Shown here piece by piece: positions 26,866 through 39,716 of a stretch of DNA of 64,000 nucleotides; positions within the stretch are counted from its first letter, which is position 1, and every line of letters begins with the position of its first letter. The notes beneath the pieces are model-generated. The model was not told the DNA's origin, searched no databases, and was given only the letters and a program-made list of their open reading frames with translations. The DNA is from Octopus sinensis (taxonomy: Eukaryota). The translations under genes and the position numbers were made by a program. The stretch is taken from assembly GCF_006345805.1 (NCBI RefSeq), contig NC_043001.1, forward strand, positions 55,242,001 through 55,306,000, written 5' to 3'.

Positions 26866-29800
26866 TAGTTATTATGTCTATGAAGTAATAATGCTTAATG
26901 GTAAAAGTCTGAAGATGGCAGCCATAGACAGTATTAACTAACTTCTATTGGACAGCTAATAGACAGATACCACTTGGGAGGTATGTCATTATTGAGTCTG
27001 TTACTAAGGTTTGACCCCTAATCAGACAGACTATTTTCCTCTTTTGCATAGGACAGTAAAATATGATTTGAAGGAGACTTAGTTGCTATTTCTAGCAGGT
27101 CTACCAACCATATAGCAGCTCCTTGATCATATGTGTATAGCTGTCATATATCTAGTTATGCATCTGAATTAAACTGCAACTATAATATATCATAGCGAGA
27201 GTGGAAGGAAGTACAAAGATAGAGAATGAGAGAGTACTAGAGGAATGGAGGGGAAGAAGAGACAGACAGAGAACTACAAAGCTTCTGTAAAGTTTAAGTT
27301 GAGAACCACTAAACCTCTTCAAAGCTCAAGTAAGATGCATAATGGAGTACTGCTGCCCCATCTGGGACAATGCTGCTACCACACACACAGACAAATTAAA
27401 CTGTATTCAGAGAAAGGCCTCTCAACTAAATGACATGAAATCATTCACAAACACACTCCACTTTCTGACCCACAGACATGTGTCTTCTCACTGCTTTTGC
27501 CATTGTTAATACATTGGCCTCTGTTCCTCAGAGCAGGATGATTTTATACCTCTACCACCATCACTACCACTCAAGCAATCTCAACTCACTTCTCTTCCTT
27601 TTATTACCTGTATTGTGTCTAATAGCCAAGACTCACATGAACCACTATACCCAGAACATCAGCCCTCTGGAATTCTCTCCTTGCATGTTTTTTCATTAGA
27701 GTTAACTTGCAACAACAATTTGAGTGGAATGTTAATGACATCAATTTCACTGAGTTAGGAAGGTCACTACCTCTTTCAGTTAGCAAAATTTGATGAATAA
27801 ATGAAAGAAAGTTACTATAAAGCAATCACATTACAAATGAAACTATTGGCAGTCTACACTATTCAACTAAACATACTCCGCAGTAGAGTAAAAAATATAC
27901 CTAGATCATTAGATGTAGCTTCAAATATCCAGCAGATATTATTCAACACTGGGTTTTAAGACTGAATGACCTCTACCTGACCATTGTTAGTACAGTACCT
28001 TTCTTCACATATGTCTTCAAAAGTTGTGTCTGTATATTTGCTTTATTACTGAGAAACAGGCAACAATCATGATAAATTGGCAGAATTGTTAGAGTATTGA
28101 ACATTTTTTTTCTTTTTCTGTTGTGGTTTTGGTTATATTTTGAGTTCAAAAACTACTCAGGCTAACATTTTTTTCATGCTTGTTCAAGTGATAAAATAAA
28201 GTATCAGTCAGGTACTAGGATAGGTATAAATGATCATAACTAGTGAATCAGCATTGCTTCAGTGTAACGGAGCTCATATTAGGTTGCTCATTCTGCTAGA
28301 AAAGTCAATAAAGCTCACACTCAGATTAAAACCTACAGTCTTAAAAATAGGAGCGATATATAGGAAACTGTAACCACTATATCCAGAAGATTTTTGATGA
28401 TATGTATACTTGAATACTTGATTCAACAACAATAGGCATGCTTGATTCAACAACAAAAGCAAAGAAATTATTTACTTCAGATTAATGATGTCAGAAGGTA
28501 CAAAATTCTAGAGACAGAATATTTCAAAAAAAATTTTTTTTATACAAATTCCAAAGTGGCAATAAATACAAGTATTAAAAAGAGAAAAACAGAGAAAAAA
28601 AAAAGAAAAATGAACTTAAACATTCTCATAAAAATATTTACTTAGTGCATATAACCACTGAACGCATATTGTTCTCTAGGGCTACAAAGAACAAGCAGAA
28701 AAAATAAAACATGATTTGTAGTGGATGGAGGGCATCTGTTACGCAGATGTGAATGTTTCATGTCTAATGATGCCAACTTAGTGAAATACAATGACCCAAT
28801 ACAGAATTAACAGTATATGTACATAACTATAATAGACTATTATCTAATATCTCTCAACATAAATGCTTGAGATAATGTTATATTTCATAATCTGATGCAA
28901 CAAAGTCAATTAACAAGTGCATGCATCCACAAACATGTACAGGCAAGCACAAAGATGTGTTTGTGTACATGCAAGCGTATAATTAGATACATGCATAAAT
29001 TTGCATACATATTAAGCACATTTGCCTATATGTGTAAATAAAATTATATATATTTTTAGAATACAGTTTGATACCATATCTGTGAGCATTATAAAAGATG
29101 ACTAAAAAAAAGTTGACATTAAGAAGGGTATCTGGCTGTAAAAACACAGCCTTGAAAAGTCCTGTCTGACCCAAGCCAGCAGGAAAAAGTGGATACAAAA
29201 ACAATAATGATGATGACGATGATGATGATGTTGATGATGATGATTATACTGGTGATGATGATGATGATGATATGTTTAAATACAGATATATGAATGTGTA
29301 TGACTAAGTGAGTGTATTGCAAATATCTATATTTTATATGAATGTGTCATTCAAATTTTTAACCTCCAATATTAAATGAAAAAAAAAAAAATCCTCATGA
29401 AAATATTTTCTGTAATCCTTTCTTCTACAGTTTTCATGAAAGAAATTTTCACTGAAAACCTAATCGATATCAAAAACTAATCAATAACACAAATATTCGA
29501 TAATAAGAGAGAAAGGGGGGAAACTATCAGGAATCTGGGAAAAAGAAAAAATATTGAAATAGAAATGAATTGGTTGAATTTAAGTCTGCTGCTACTGTAC
29601 TTTCCCTAATATGGTGTCATTGCTGTCAAGCTGCAGAGATAGTATTTAGTTTAATTTTTCTGCTGCAGTTTCTTGATTTGTTGATCATAGAGAGGAATGG
29701 CAAAGCAAATGTATCTAATCTCAATTGAACTTGATTGAATAACTGGGATGGTTGTATTAGATCATTAGTAATAGTAAATACAGTTTTTGTTAGTTTTTTT

Positions 29801-29885
29801 TCTTTTAGTATTGTAAATAATATTTTGTATTATATCACATCATTATCATCATCATTATTATTATTATAGTTGTTGTTGTTGTTGA

Positions 29886-29927
<42 letters not shown>

Positions 29928-30950
29928 ACATCCATCTTCCATGCTTGTATGGGTTGGACAGTGTGACAGGATCTGAAGAGCTGCAGGATGGCACTGAACT
30001 TTAGCGTTTGCTTTGGCATGGTTTCTACAGCTGGATGCTTTTTCTAATGTCAATGAATACACAGAATGCACTGAGTGCTTTATTTTCGTGGAACCAGTAC
30101 TAGTGAGGTCGCCAAGTAACTCCCAGTACATAGAAAAAGCTCTCTTGACTAAGTGGGGTGATATACATATATGCACACACACACATATGAATAAGAATTA
30201 GTGTTTAATCAGGAGAATGGAGGAGTTCCAATAACCTTTGTAGGTCTTCTGAGACTAGTAATGTTGAAAATGCTGATGTTCAATTTAAACATTTTGAAGT
30301 TGATGCCAGCAAGAAAACTTAGGCAGGAAGGTAATTCCAAAAAGGTTATTACTATTATGTGCCTAAATCTCATTTTACCAAAGTTCCATGCTCTTTATCA
30401 ATCTCATTCAAGTCTATTAAGTGGTGTAATTTCTTTTTCAGAGAAGTCACTTCACATACATAATCTGAACAGGGAAGTCAGAATCCTCAAAACAAACTTG
30501 AGAGACAGATACAAAGAAGCAGCTAACACCAAACTACTACATGTCAAAGTGCATAGCATGGTCTTCACACAGTATATCTAATAATCAGGCCTTGCTCAGT
30601 CAACTAAACTTGTTTTACTTATCTCTGTTTTATCAGGTTTGACCTGGAGCTAGACATCAATGACAACAATCACCTTCCAGACCCTGAACTTAAACATTTT
30701 TCACAGATCCTTATTACAGCAACCAAAAATGTATATTAACTATTCTAAATCATCAAGTTAATACACAATCTTCTTATCAATGTCTATGTGCAATATGTCA
30801 CTTTCTCCTGGCTACAGGCATGGCTGCATGATTAAAAAGTTTTTTTCACAACTATGTGGTTCTGGTTCAATCTCACAGTATTGTATATTTTGCAAGTAAG
30901 TTGACTAATGCCATGTGAATGGAATTTAGTAGACAGAAACTGTGCAGTAA

Positions 30951-31180
30951 GGTGGTGAGCTGGCAGAAACGTTAGCACACCGGGCGAAATGCTTAGCAGT
31001 ATTTTGTCTACTGCTACGTTCTGAGTTCAAATTCCGCCAAAGTTAACTTTGCTTTCATCCTTCCAGGGTCGATAAATAAAGTACCAGTTACACACTGGGA
31101 TCGATGTAATCAACTTAATCCCTTTGTCTGTGCTTGTTTGTCCCCTCTATGTTTAGCCCCTAGTGGGCAATAAAGAAATA
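30951..31180 (+). mobile_element. SINE family B (long tail) with 16-bp TSD
   Basis: Perfect TSD agaaactgtgcagtaa at 30935-30950 and 31181-31196; inserted in an older family A head. Confidence 0.92.
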
Positions 31181-31501
31181 AGAAACTGTGCAGTAACTCT
31201 TTATTGCCTCTTTCTTCAGAGTGAGCAAATTGAAAATTAACAATAAAGGAACCATGTGACTGCAAAGTGAATTTCTTTAACACAGCTGTATGTGTGTGTG
31301 TGTGTGTGTGCTTCTTTTATGGATATGTGTTGACAAAAGATGGAAATATCAACAAAAAACAAACTGATATATTGGTGCTTTAGAAAAAGTCCCTTGCACA
31401 GACAATTACTTGTCATTCTTGCCATTGCAAATATACAGAGAAACAGTGATTGTCTCACAAGAAACTTGTGATGCAGGGTGATAAGAAGAAAGTAAAGAAC
31501 A

Positions 31502-31586
<85 letters not shown>

Positions 31587-31999
31587 GAGAGAGAGAACTG
31601 GAGGTGTATAAGGAGCAGAATGCAAAGGAAGGAATGATGATGATGTGCAATCTCAGTTACTATAGCAACAGATTCTTTGTTTTGGAATCTGTTGTAGTAA
31701 ATTATTGATACATAAAAGAAAGACTTCCTGCTTTCCTACATGGTTGTCTTATTCAATATGTCAATGTGTGCATGTGCATCTGCACACTGGCACATACCTG
31801 TCACTCACTGTAACATGCTATTATGTACTTGTATTCTGGAAGCTTCATCTTTTTCCCACATGTAACTTCTCCTCTGTTGAACCCAATAAATGGGATTTCA
31901 TAAATTCAACCACCAGTGTTTCTGAGTGTCAAACCTGATGCTGAGACAATGATTGAACTCATAAAACTGATACACTAAGACAGACAGAACTGAGAATTG

Positions 32000-33420
32000 T
32001 GGAAGGTCGATAAAAGTTATGTTTATTGAATGTGTGAAAGATGAATATACATTTCTTTGAGTGATGAAGAATAATCAATTTATATCTATATCAGTAATAT
32101 GTATAGCCTTAAGTTTAAGGGGCTAAGAAAACTCCTAAAAAATGACAGCTCCCTCATTATCACAGTTGATGACTTGCAATAATCCTGTTGTGGAACACAG
32201 CTTCTCAGATGTACATGGAGGTTACACGTATACAGTGAAAGCTGTGAAGAATCAAAGTGCCTGGAGTTCTGTAATCAAAATGACTTAACCATCTGCACAG
32301 CAACTTTAGGAAACCTGCAAGCCAATCAGGACAACACACAAGTAGCCATGTAGACCTCATACAACTAAGTCTTTTCCTGGAGAAGAAAATACCACTCAGT
32401 TTCAAAATACAAACTAGAAAGATTCAGACTGAAGACAGCTTGGAGAATGAAGTTATGGAGACTGAAAGATATCTCAGCTGATGTAGATTCAAAGAAGTAT
32501 GAGGTGATGCAGAGGACAGGAGGAAAAGGGGAAGAAAAAGATACAAACTTATAACATAGAGGGACCATTGTGAACTTTTACAAGACAATTTGTTACAAAC
32601 AACACCGGATTCATGGATGGAGCAAGGCTCCAGTAAAATGGATAGGGACAGGGTAGAAGAAAAGTAGAGCTGACAGATGATATGCTAAAAGGTAGTCATA
32701 GATAGAGAGGATGAAAGGGGGAGCAGGGAATAATATCAGGCAGCTAGAAGAAAAGCTAGGTGCAGGCGTGGTTGTGTGATAAGAAGCTTGTTTCCTATGC
32801 ACATGGTTCTGGGTTCAGTCCCACTGCATGGCACCTTGGGTAAGCATATTCTACTATAGCCTTGACAACTGGTGTTGGTGTCCTTACATCCCTGTCACTT
32901 ACCAGTACAGCAAACAAGCCCAATAAAATAAGTACCAAGGTTAGAAAAACAAGGTATCGGGGTTGGTTCAATCAACTAAAAACGCTTCAAGGTGGTGCCC
33001 CAGCATGGCCACGGTCTAATGACTGAAACAAGTAAAGAAGATAAAAAATAAAAAGATCATGTACGTGTAGCATGGTGAGAAGCTACAAGTAGGAAGCTTA
33101 CCAATGTTCTGAAACAGGAGGATCAGAGTTGTAAGCTGTTCTGGGTTGCAAAGCAATATCCCTACGAATCACAATGTTGTAGGTGAAAAGGGTGATCAGA
33201 ATGACAGCAGCACACTTACTGTTACTGATGGTGAAAAGCAGGCATGAACATGCAATATGAGAGGTTGCTCAATTAGGAAAATGTGTAGGAAAAGGAGATA
33301 ACCCAACAGCAAGATCAGCTATTGAATTTGGCATCTGTATGGTCAAAAGTGAAATTAAGAATATAAAGGCAAGAAAAGCAGCAGGACCATCAGGGATAAT
33401 CAATGAGACTATTCAATGCT
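32000..33420 (+). mobile_element. RTE-like LINE remnant interrupted by a family A SINE (32759-33055)
   Basis: 33340-33410 translates to VKSEIKNIKARKAAGPSGIINE, the pre-RT KAAGPxG motif. Upstream sequence is decayed and the boundaries are approximate. Confidence 0.6.
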
Positions 33421-33584
33421 AGCTTACCATTGATACTACCATGCCTTTTATACACTCACAAATTTCATTAAATACACCATATGGTTTTTCTACTAATTCC
33501 TTTTGTGCATATTGAACATGGTAATTTCTCTGATCTCAGCTGAGACCTGACTGCTTTCTATTTATTACAACTTCAGTCTTTGCA

Positions 33585-33610
33585 CACACACACACAGAGA
33601 CGCACATGTA

Positions 33611-33661
<51 letters not shown>

Positions 33662-33693
33662 GTATGTATGCATGTATATATATAATATGTATG

Positions 33694-33751
<58 letters not shown>

Positions 33752-33762
33752 TGTATGTATGC

Positions 33763-33796
<34 letters not shown>

Positions 33797-33831
33797 GTAT
33801 GCATATATATATATATGTATGTATGTATGTA

Positions 33832-33877
<46 letters not shown>

Positions 33878-33943
33878 CATATATATATGTATGTGTGTGT
33901 ATATATATGTATGTATATAAATATGTATGTATATATATATATG

Positions 33944-33976
<33 letters not shown>

Positions 33977-34017
33977 ATATCTATCTATCTATCTATCTAT
34001 ATATATATATATATATC
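33585..34017. repeat. Compound microsatellite (TA)n/(TATG)n/(TG)n/(TCTA)n
   Basis: Directly visible. Confidence 0.95.
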
Positions 34018-34418
34018 GCAGGTGTGGCTGTGTGGTAAGAAGCTTGCTTCCCAACCACACGATTCAGGGTTCAGTCCCACTGCGTGACACCTTGGGCAAG
34101 TATCTTCTACGATAGCCTCGGGCCAACCAGTGTCTTGTGAGTGGATTTGGTAGACGGAAACTGAAAGAAGCCCATTGTATATGTATATATCTATGTATGT
34201 GTCTCTTTGTGTCTGTGTTGGTCCCCCCCAACCACTATTTGGCAACTGGTATTTGGTGTGTCATTGTCCCTATAACTTAGTGGTTCAATAAAAGAGACCG
34301 CCAGAACAAGTACTAGGCTTAAGAAATAAGTCCTGGGGTTGATTTGTTTGACTAAAAAACCCTTCAAGGCAGTGCTCCAGCATGGTCACAGTCAAATGAC
34401 TGAAACAAGTAAAAAAAT
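34018..34418 (+). mobile_element. SINE family A, full length
   Basis: gcaggtgtggctgtgtggtaagaag (A-box-like), ggttcagtccc (B-box-like), CORE-like gtgacaccttgggcaag, tail ...aaatgactgaaacaagtaaaa. Confidence 0.9.
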
Positions 34419-34472
34419 AGCATATGAATGATGTGTATATATACATACACACATAAACATATATATAGATAT

Positions 34473-34512
<40 letters not shown>

Positions 34513-36391
34513 CATCCATGCACACAATGTGTGTGTCTGTGTGTGCACATGCATATGGACATACACATATGTACATTTTCATACATGTATGTGCCTCTAT
34601 GTAAGAATTCAATACACTTGCATATGTATATATTTATGTATGCATTCAAGTGTCTGTGTGTGTATGTACAATGTGTTGTCTTCTCAGTATTTCCTTTAAA
34701 AATAAATAACAAAGGGAAAAAAATTCATTATTTTTCTTTTTATATGGAATATCAGAAATTGATGCCATAAATTCTGTTTGAAAACGACATCTAACGTGTG
34801 TGTTTTTGTGAGTGTGTGTGTTTTTGTGAGTGTGTGCATTGATGTTTTGTATGTGTGCATGGTTACATATATTTTGTGATCTTGAAGTTTCACAATTCTT
34901 GACAAGAATATTCACAGCTTAGTTTCTGTTTCCTGACCTTATTAAAAGAATTGGAACAGGACAAACACACACTCTTGTATTAAACATAAACTAATAATTA
35001 CATTTGTTAAATGCTTATTGGTTTTGCATTTATGACTCAGGTTATATTTAATATTTCCATCTTAGCTAGTGTTTGGGAATGGCCAAATTCCACAAGTTGT
35101 AAATAGGTACAGTGGAGTAGGTAAAAGTAATTCATGAAAACCAATCATTCACAATGTTTTGTAGCTCAGCACTCCCTTTGCCCCGGATATTGTTTTACAA
35201 ATACCTCCTCCACATCATACTTTGAAAGGAAGAAGGATATAAAAAAAAACCCAGATTATTTTAAGTAAAAGAAACCAATTTTGTTTGGCATTTCTTTTTA
35301 TTCATATTTTGCTATATTACTCTACCTAACCTGTACTTCCAAGTAGATATCTGTGTCGATGGTGTTAAATTTTTATAGAAATTATTATTAAAGGTGACAT
35401 ATATAATGCACTGTTCAAAAACCATTGTGATAAAGTGTGATCTGAGGGAGTGAGAGTTGGTTGCTATTTTTAGCAAGCTGTAGTTTTTACATTGGCTTGT
35501 ATATTAGAAAGTTTTATTGATCAAACACATGAGTAATGAGAACTGGAATGGGTTGAAAAGGGCATGACTGCTCAAGATAGGAGACAATAAAAGGTAAAAC
35601 TTATCACCTTTATACATACACATAGACTGATAAGCTAAAATGTTTAGAATTTGAAAAGGAACCTATATATTATTGAAGCTATCATGCTACTTCACATTTT
35701 TGGTTAGTAATAGAAAGTGTATCCAAATTTTAAAGAGCACTTAATATGTAAATATTCAAGTCTAGGAAAACAATTCAACAGATGGGTAGCATTAAAGAAG
35801 TGAATACATATAAAAATATTGTGAAGCTACACCATCCCCCACCCTGAAGTATAAAGGTGGGACTAAGTCTATTTATATTGGGTTTAGATTTGAAAGCTAA
35901 ATAATATTATTTTACCTCCTATTGAGGATAATAGAACAATTAAAAAAGAAAAAAAAAATTTGAAATTCCAATCATGCCTCTAATTAATTATTTCAAATCC
36001 ACAGCTGCAGACAACTTTTGTTTTAATGATTACAAGTAATTATTCTTAGTGTGAAAAGAAAAAAAGACTAAAATATTTTCAAAGAATGAAATGACTGTAT
36101 GAGAATTTACAAGTTTATAAGAGTATATCATTACTTTCTGTTTTCTATTTTAATAATTTAGGCACAAGGCTTGAAATGTGGGGTGTGAGTGGAGAAGGTT
36201 AGTCAAATTAATTACAGCACATGACTAGTACTTTCTGTTATTGGAACTAAGGTATGAAAACCATAGCTCACCTTAGAAGGATTTGAACTTAGAACATAAA
36301 GTACCAGAACAGGTAGTCCAAGGCTTCAATCTATGGTTCTTATTGCAGATTGTGACAGTTGGATTGCACAGCAGCCCATATCAAGAGTTAA

Positions 36392-37231
36392 CCCTTTAGC
36401 ATTCAAAATATTCTGTTAAATGAAAAGCTTACTTATTCACATTGTTTTGCATTAATCATGCAAAATTGCATAGCTTTAAGATTTTGATGATCTCTTTTAC
36501 TCTTTTACTTGTTTCAGTCACTTGACTGCGGCCATGCTGGAGCACTGCCTTTAGTCAAGCAAATCGACTCCAGGACTTATTCTTTGAAAGCCTAGTACTA
36601 ATTCTATTGGTCTCTTTTGCCAAACTGCTAAGTTACAGGGATGTAAACACACCAGCATTGGTTGTCAAGCGATGTTGGGAGGACAAACAGACACACAAAC
36701 ATATACACACACATACATATACATATATAGATATATACATAAATATGATGGGCTTCTTTCAGTTCCAAATCCACTCACAAGGCTTTGGTCAGCCCGAGGC
36801 TATAGTAGAAGACACTTGCCCATGGTGTCACACAGTGGGACTGAACCCGTAACCGTATGGTTCGTAAGCAAGCTACTTACCACACAGCCACTCCTGCACC
36901 TATGATTGTTTATTTTTAAAATGACATTGCAGAGTAGGTGTGAGAGGCCAGATCCTGTCACTTTGAAAATAAAACAGAGAGAATATTTTGGCCAGATAAG
37001 ACCTGTTGAATCCTTTTGATACCAACCTGTCTGCAACCGTCCTTAGTTCTATGGTGCAAAGTTCTTGTTTTAAAGTGATCTTAGTTGAAACCTTCCAACA
37101 ATATTCCATATTAATTTATGTTCTAAACACCAGTTTTATAAGGACAAAATTATTTTCAAAATTTTTCATTATTTTCAGTATTAATTGAAACAAAGACAGT
37201 GGATTTCCTCAGAAATATGGTAACAAAAGGG
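36392..37231. mobile_element. Nested piggyBac-like MITEs: MITE-1 interrupted by a SINE and by MITE-2 (37011-37231)
   Basis: TTAA-ccctttagcatt start; body matches the intact copy at 51458-51677; second element ends ggtaacaaaaggg-TTAA. Confidence 0.75.
36493..36898 (-). mobile_element. SINE family A, full length
   Basis: Reverse complement of 34018-34418. Confidence 0.9.
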
Positions 37232-38133
37232 TTAAGCTAATCACATGGAAGCACCCACCACCAAACTGACATTAGAGGTTCAAAGTGCCACAGTTCTTTA
37301 ATGTATTTCTGCAAAACTTAAGGGAGATCCCTACACTTTGTAAAAAATTGAAGTAGAAAGGTTTGGTAGAGGTCAAATTTGAACAACATTTTAACTGAAC
37401 CTCTATGTTACCATTCAATCTATTCCTAGCACTACATCAAATTGGACTGCTGTCTTGTGCAAGACACATAAACCATTCTAGTGGCTCAGTTTGCAAGGCT
37501 AGCAAACAGATTTCATATCAACCACATTGTTAACAGATTATTAACAGGAAAGGCAGCCAGTTTAAAAAAAAAGTGGGGGTGGGGGTGAATTCCTCCTAAA
37601 CAGAAAAAATTAAAATATCCCAGTCATATTAGTGTGGAAAAATGAATATAAAATTAGTGTGTGTGTGTGTGTATGTGTTTGGGGTTATTTGTTCATTATG
37701 GGTTTCAAGAGCAATATGTTAAATCATTACTTTATGATGATGTTTTGCTGAACGCTAGATAAAACCAAACAGAAATCAATAAAATATGTATAAGAAAGCT
37801 AATGGGATATATTTGAGTGGTAAAAAGAAATTAAATTCAAATAAAAAGCATTTCAGTTTTGAAAAAGGAAAAATAGGGGAAGTGGGGTGGGGGGACACAA
37901 AACAAAAATAAATAAAAGACATAATAGAAACAATTTTTTTTTATTGCTGTTGTTGTTTGTGAATGAATACATAACAATAAATTTCCTTTGGTGATAACGG
38001 GGGAAAATGATTAAATAACAACAATAATGATAATATTAATGGTTAACTCTTTCCCTATTGAAAAGTTGTCAACAATACAATGATGATGGTGAATAATAAT
38101 AGCAACAGTTGCTGCTATAGTAGCAGCAGCAGC

Positions 38134-38173
<40 letters not shown>

Positions 38174-39483
38174 TTAAGCAAAGCCATAACAACAGTAAGG
38201 TAATAATGATTAACTCATTTAGATTCTAAAGCTATCAACAATGAAACAACATCAGTACTACCACTGTTGCTATTACTACTTCTTGTAATAACAACGATGA
38301 AGACTTCCATATTCTAGAGCTGTCAAAAATCAAATTAGAAATTTCAATAAATAAACTATGATATTAAAATAAGGACTCCACTGAAGAAATAAAAATCATA
38401 TGCTATTAGTTTTGTTTTAGATATTTCTTCATTGATTGTTAAATTTAATGAACAGATCCTAAATGTTATAATTTCAAAACTAAAATTATCATTAAAACAA
38501 AAACAAAATAACGACAACCTAAAATGATGATTGTAAAATTGCAGCTAGAATCCTTAATTCCTCTTTAATCTTCTGCACAGGTGTCCTTCACACACAACTT
38601 AGACACCTTGTGACAAGCCTGTTCTGTCTCCACAAACAAGAGAGACCTCAATAAAATATTCTACTATGCAGGCATGACAAGCTAGTCTCCTTCAACAACA
38701 CCAAAAAGAAACAATCACTATGCATATCAAAGGAAACGCTAGTATCAGAACATGTCAACATATAAATAGCCACAATGCTGCTACAAATTCTAGTCCTCCT
38801 AATCTTTGATGTGATCCTATAAAAATCCCATAGAAATCCCACAAATAAAAACAGTCTCAAGTTTAGGCACAATGTCCATAATGTTGAGGGCAGGGGACTG
38901 TCCTATATATATATAGATCCAAGTACTTGCCTGGTACTTAATTTATGATATTGTACTAATTTTTATGACATCTGGATAAGGAAAAAATATTTTCAAATTA
39001 ATTTTATAATCTGAATTTTTACAACTCTTGCTAGTAGTAGTAGTAGTAGTAGTAACAGTAAAATACAAAATTGTCATTATCATCATCATCTCATTGAGAG
39101 AAACATACTGACAGAGCTTATAAAAAGCAAAAATCAGTTTGTACTAAATTGCACTTTAGAAGCATAATCTCAAATTGAATTGACATAAACACACATATGC
39201 ACATGCATACAAACTGCAGCAATTCTACCACAGCATAAAATTCATAAAAAACATTAAAGAAGACTTTATATGACAAACATCTAAGTCAATATTATTATAA
39301 AAAACTAACAAAAGCAACAAAAAGATTTAAAATATAATAGGTGATACACTTTTCCTTCTTATTCTGAAGATTTCATAAATAAAAAAAGTGGAGATTGCAG
39401 ATGTTTTGGGGAACAAGGTAAATTTGAATATTATGAGTAAATGACATACATCTAGATAGCCGTATATATCGTGTCATTAGTTA

Positions 39484-39716
39484 AGGCAGTGAGCTGGCAG
39501 GACTGTTAGCATACTGGGCGAAATGCTTAGCGGGATTTCGTATGCTGCTACGTTCTGAGTTCAAGTTCCGCTGAGGTCGACTTTGCCTTTCATCCTTTCG
39601 GGGTTGATAAATTAAGTACCAGTTACGCACTGGAGTCGATATAATCGAATTAATCCCTTTGTCTGTCCTTGTTTGTCCCCTCTATGTTTAGCCCCTTGTG
39701 GGCAATAAAGAAATAA
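39484..39716 (+). mobile_element. SINE family B (long tail), young CpG-rich copy
   Basis: ggcagtgagctggcag...gaggtcgactttgcctttcatcctttcgggg...gtgggcaataaagaaataa. Confidence 0.9.

Noticed and set aside
30201-30581. 126-aa plus-strand ORF
   Set aside because: Non-ATG start, no motif and no clear splice context; probably chance or TE debris.
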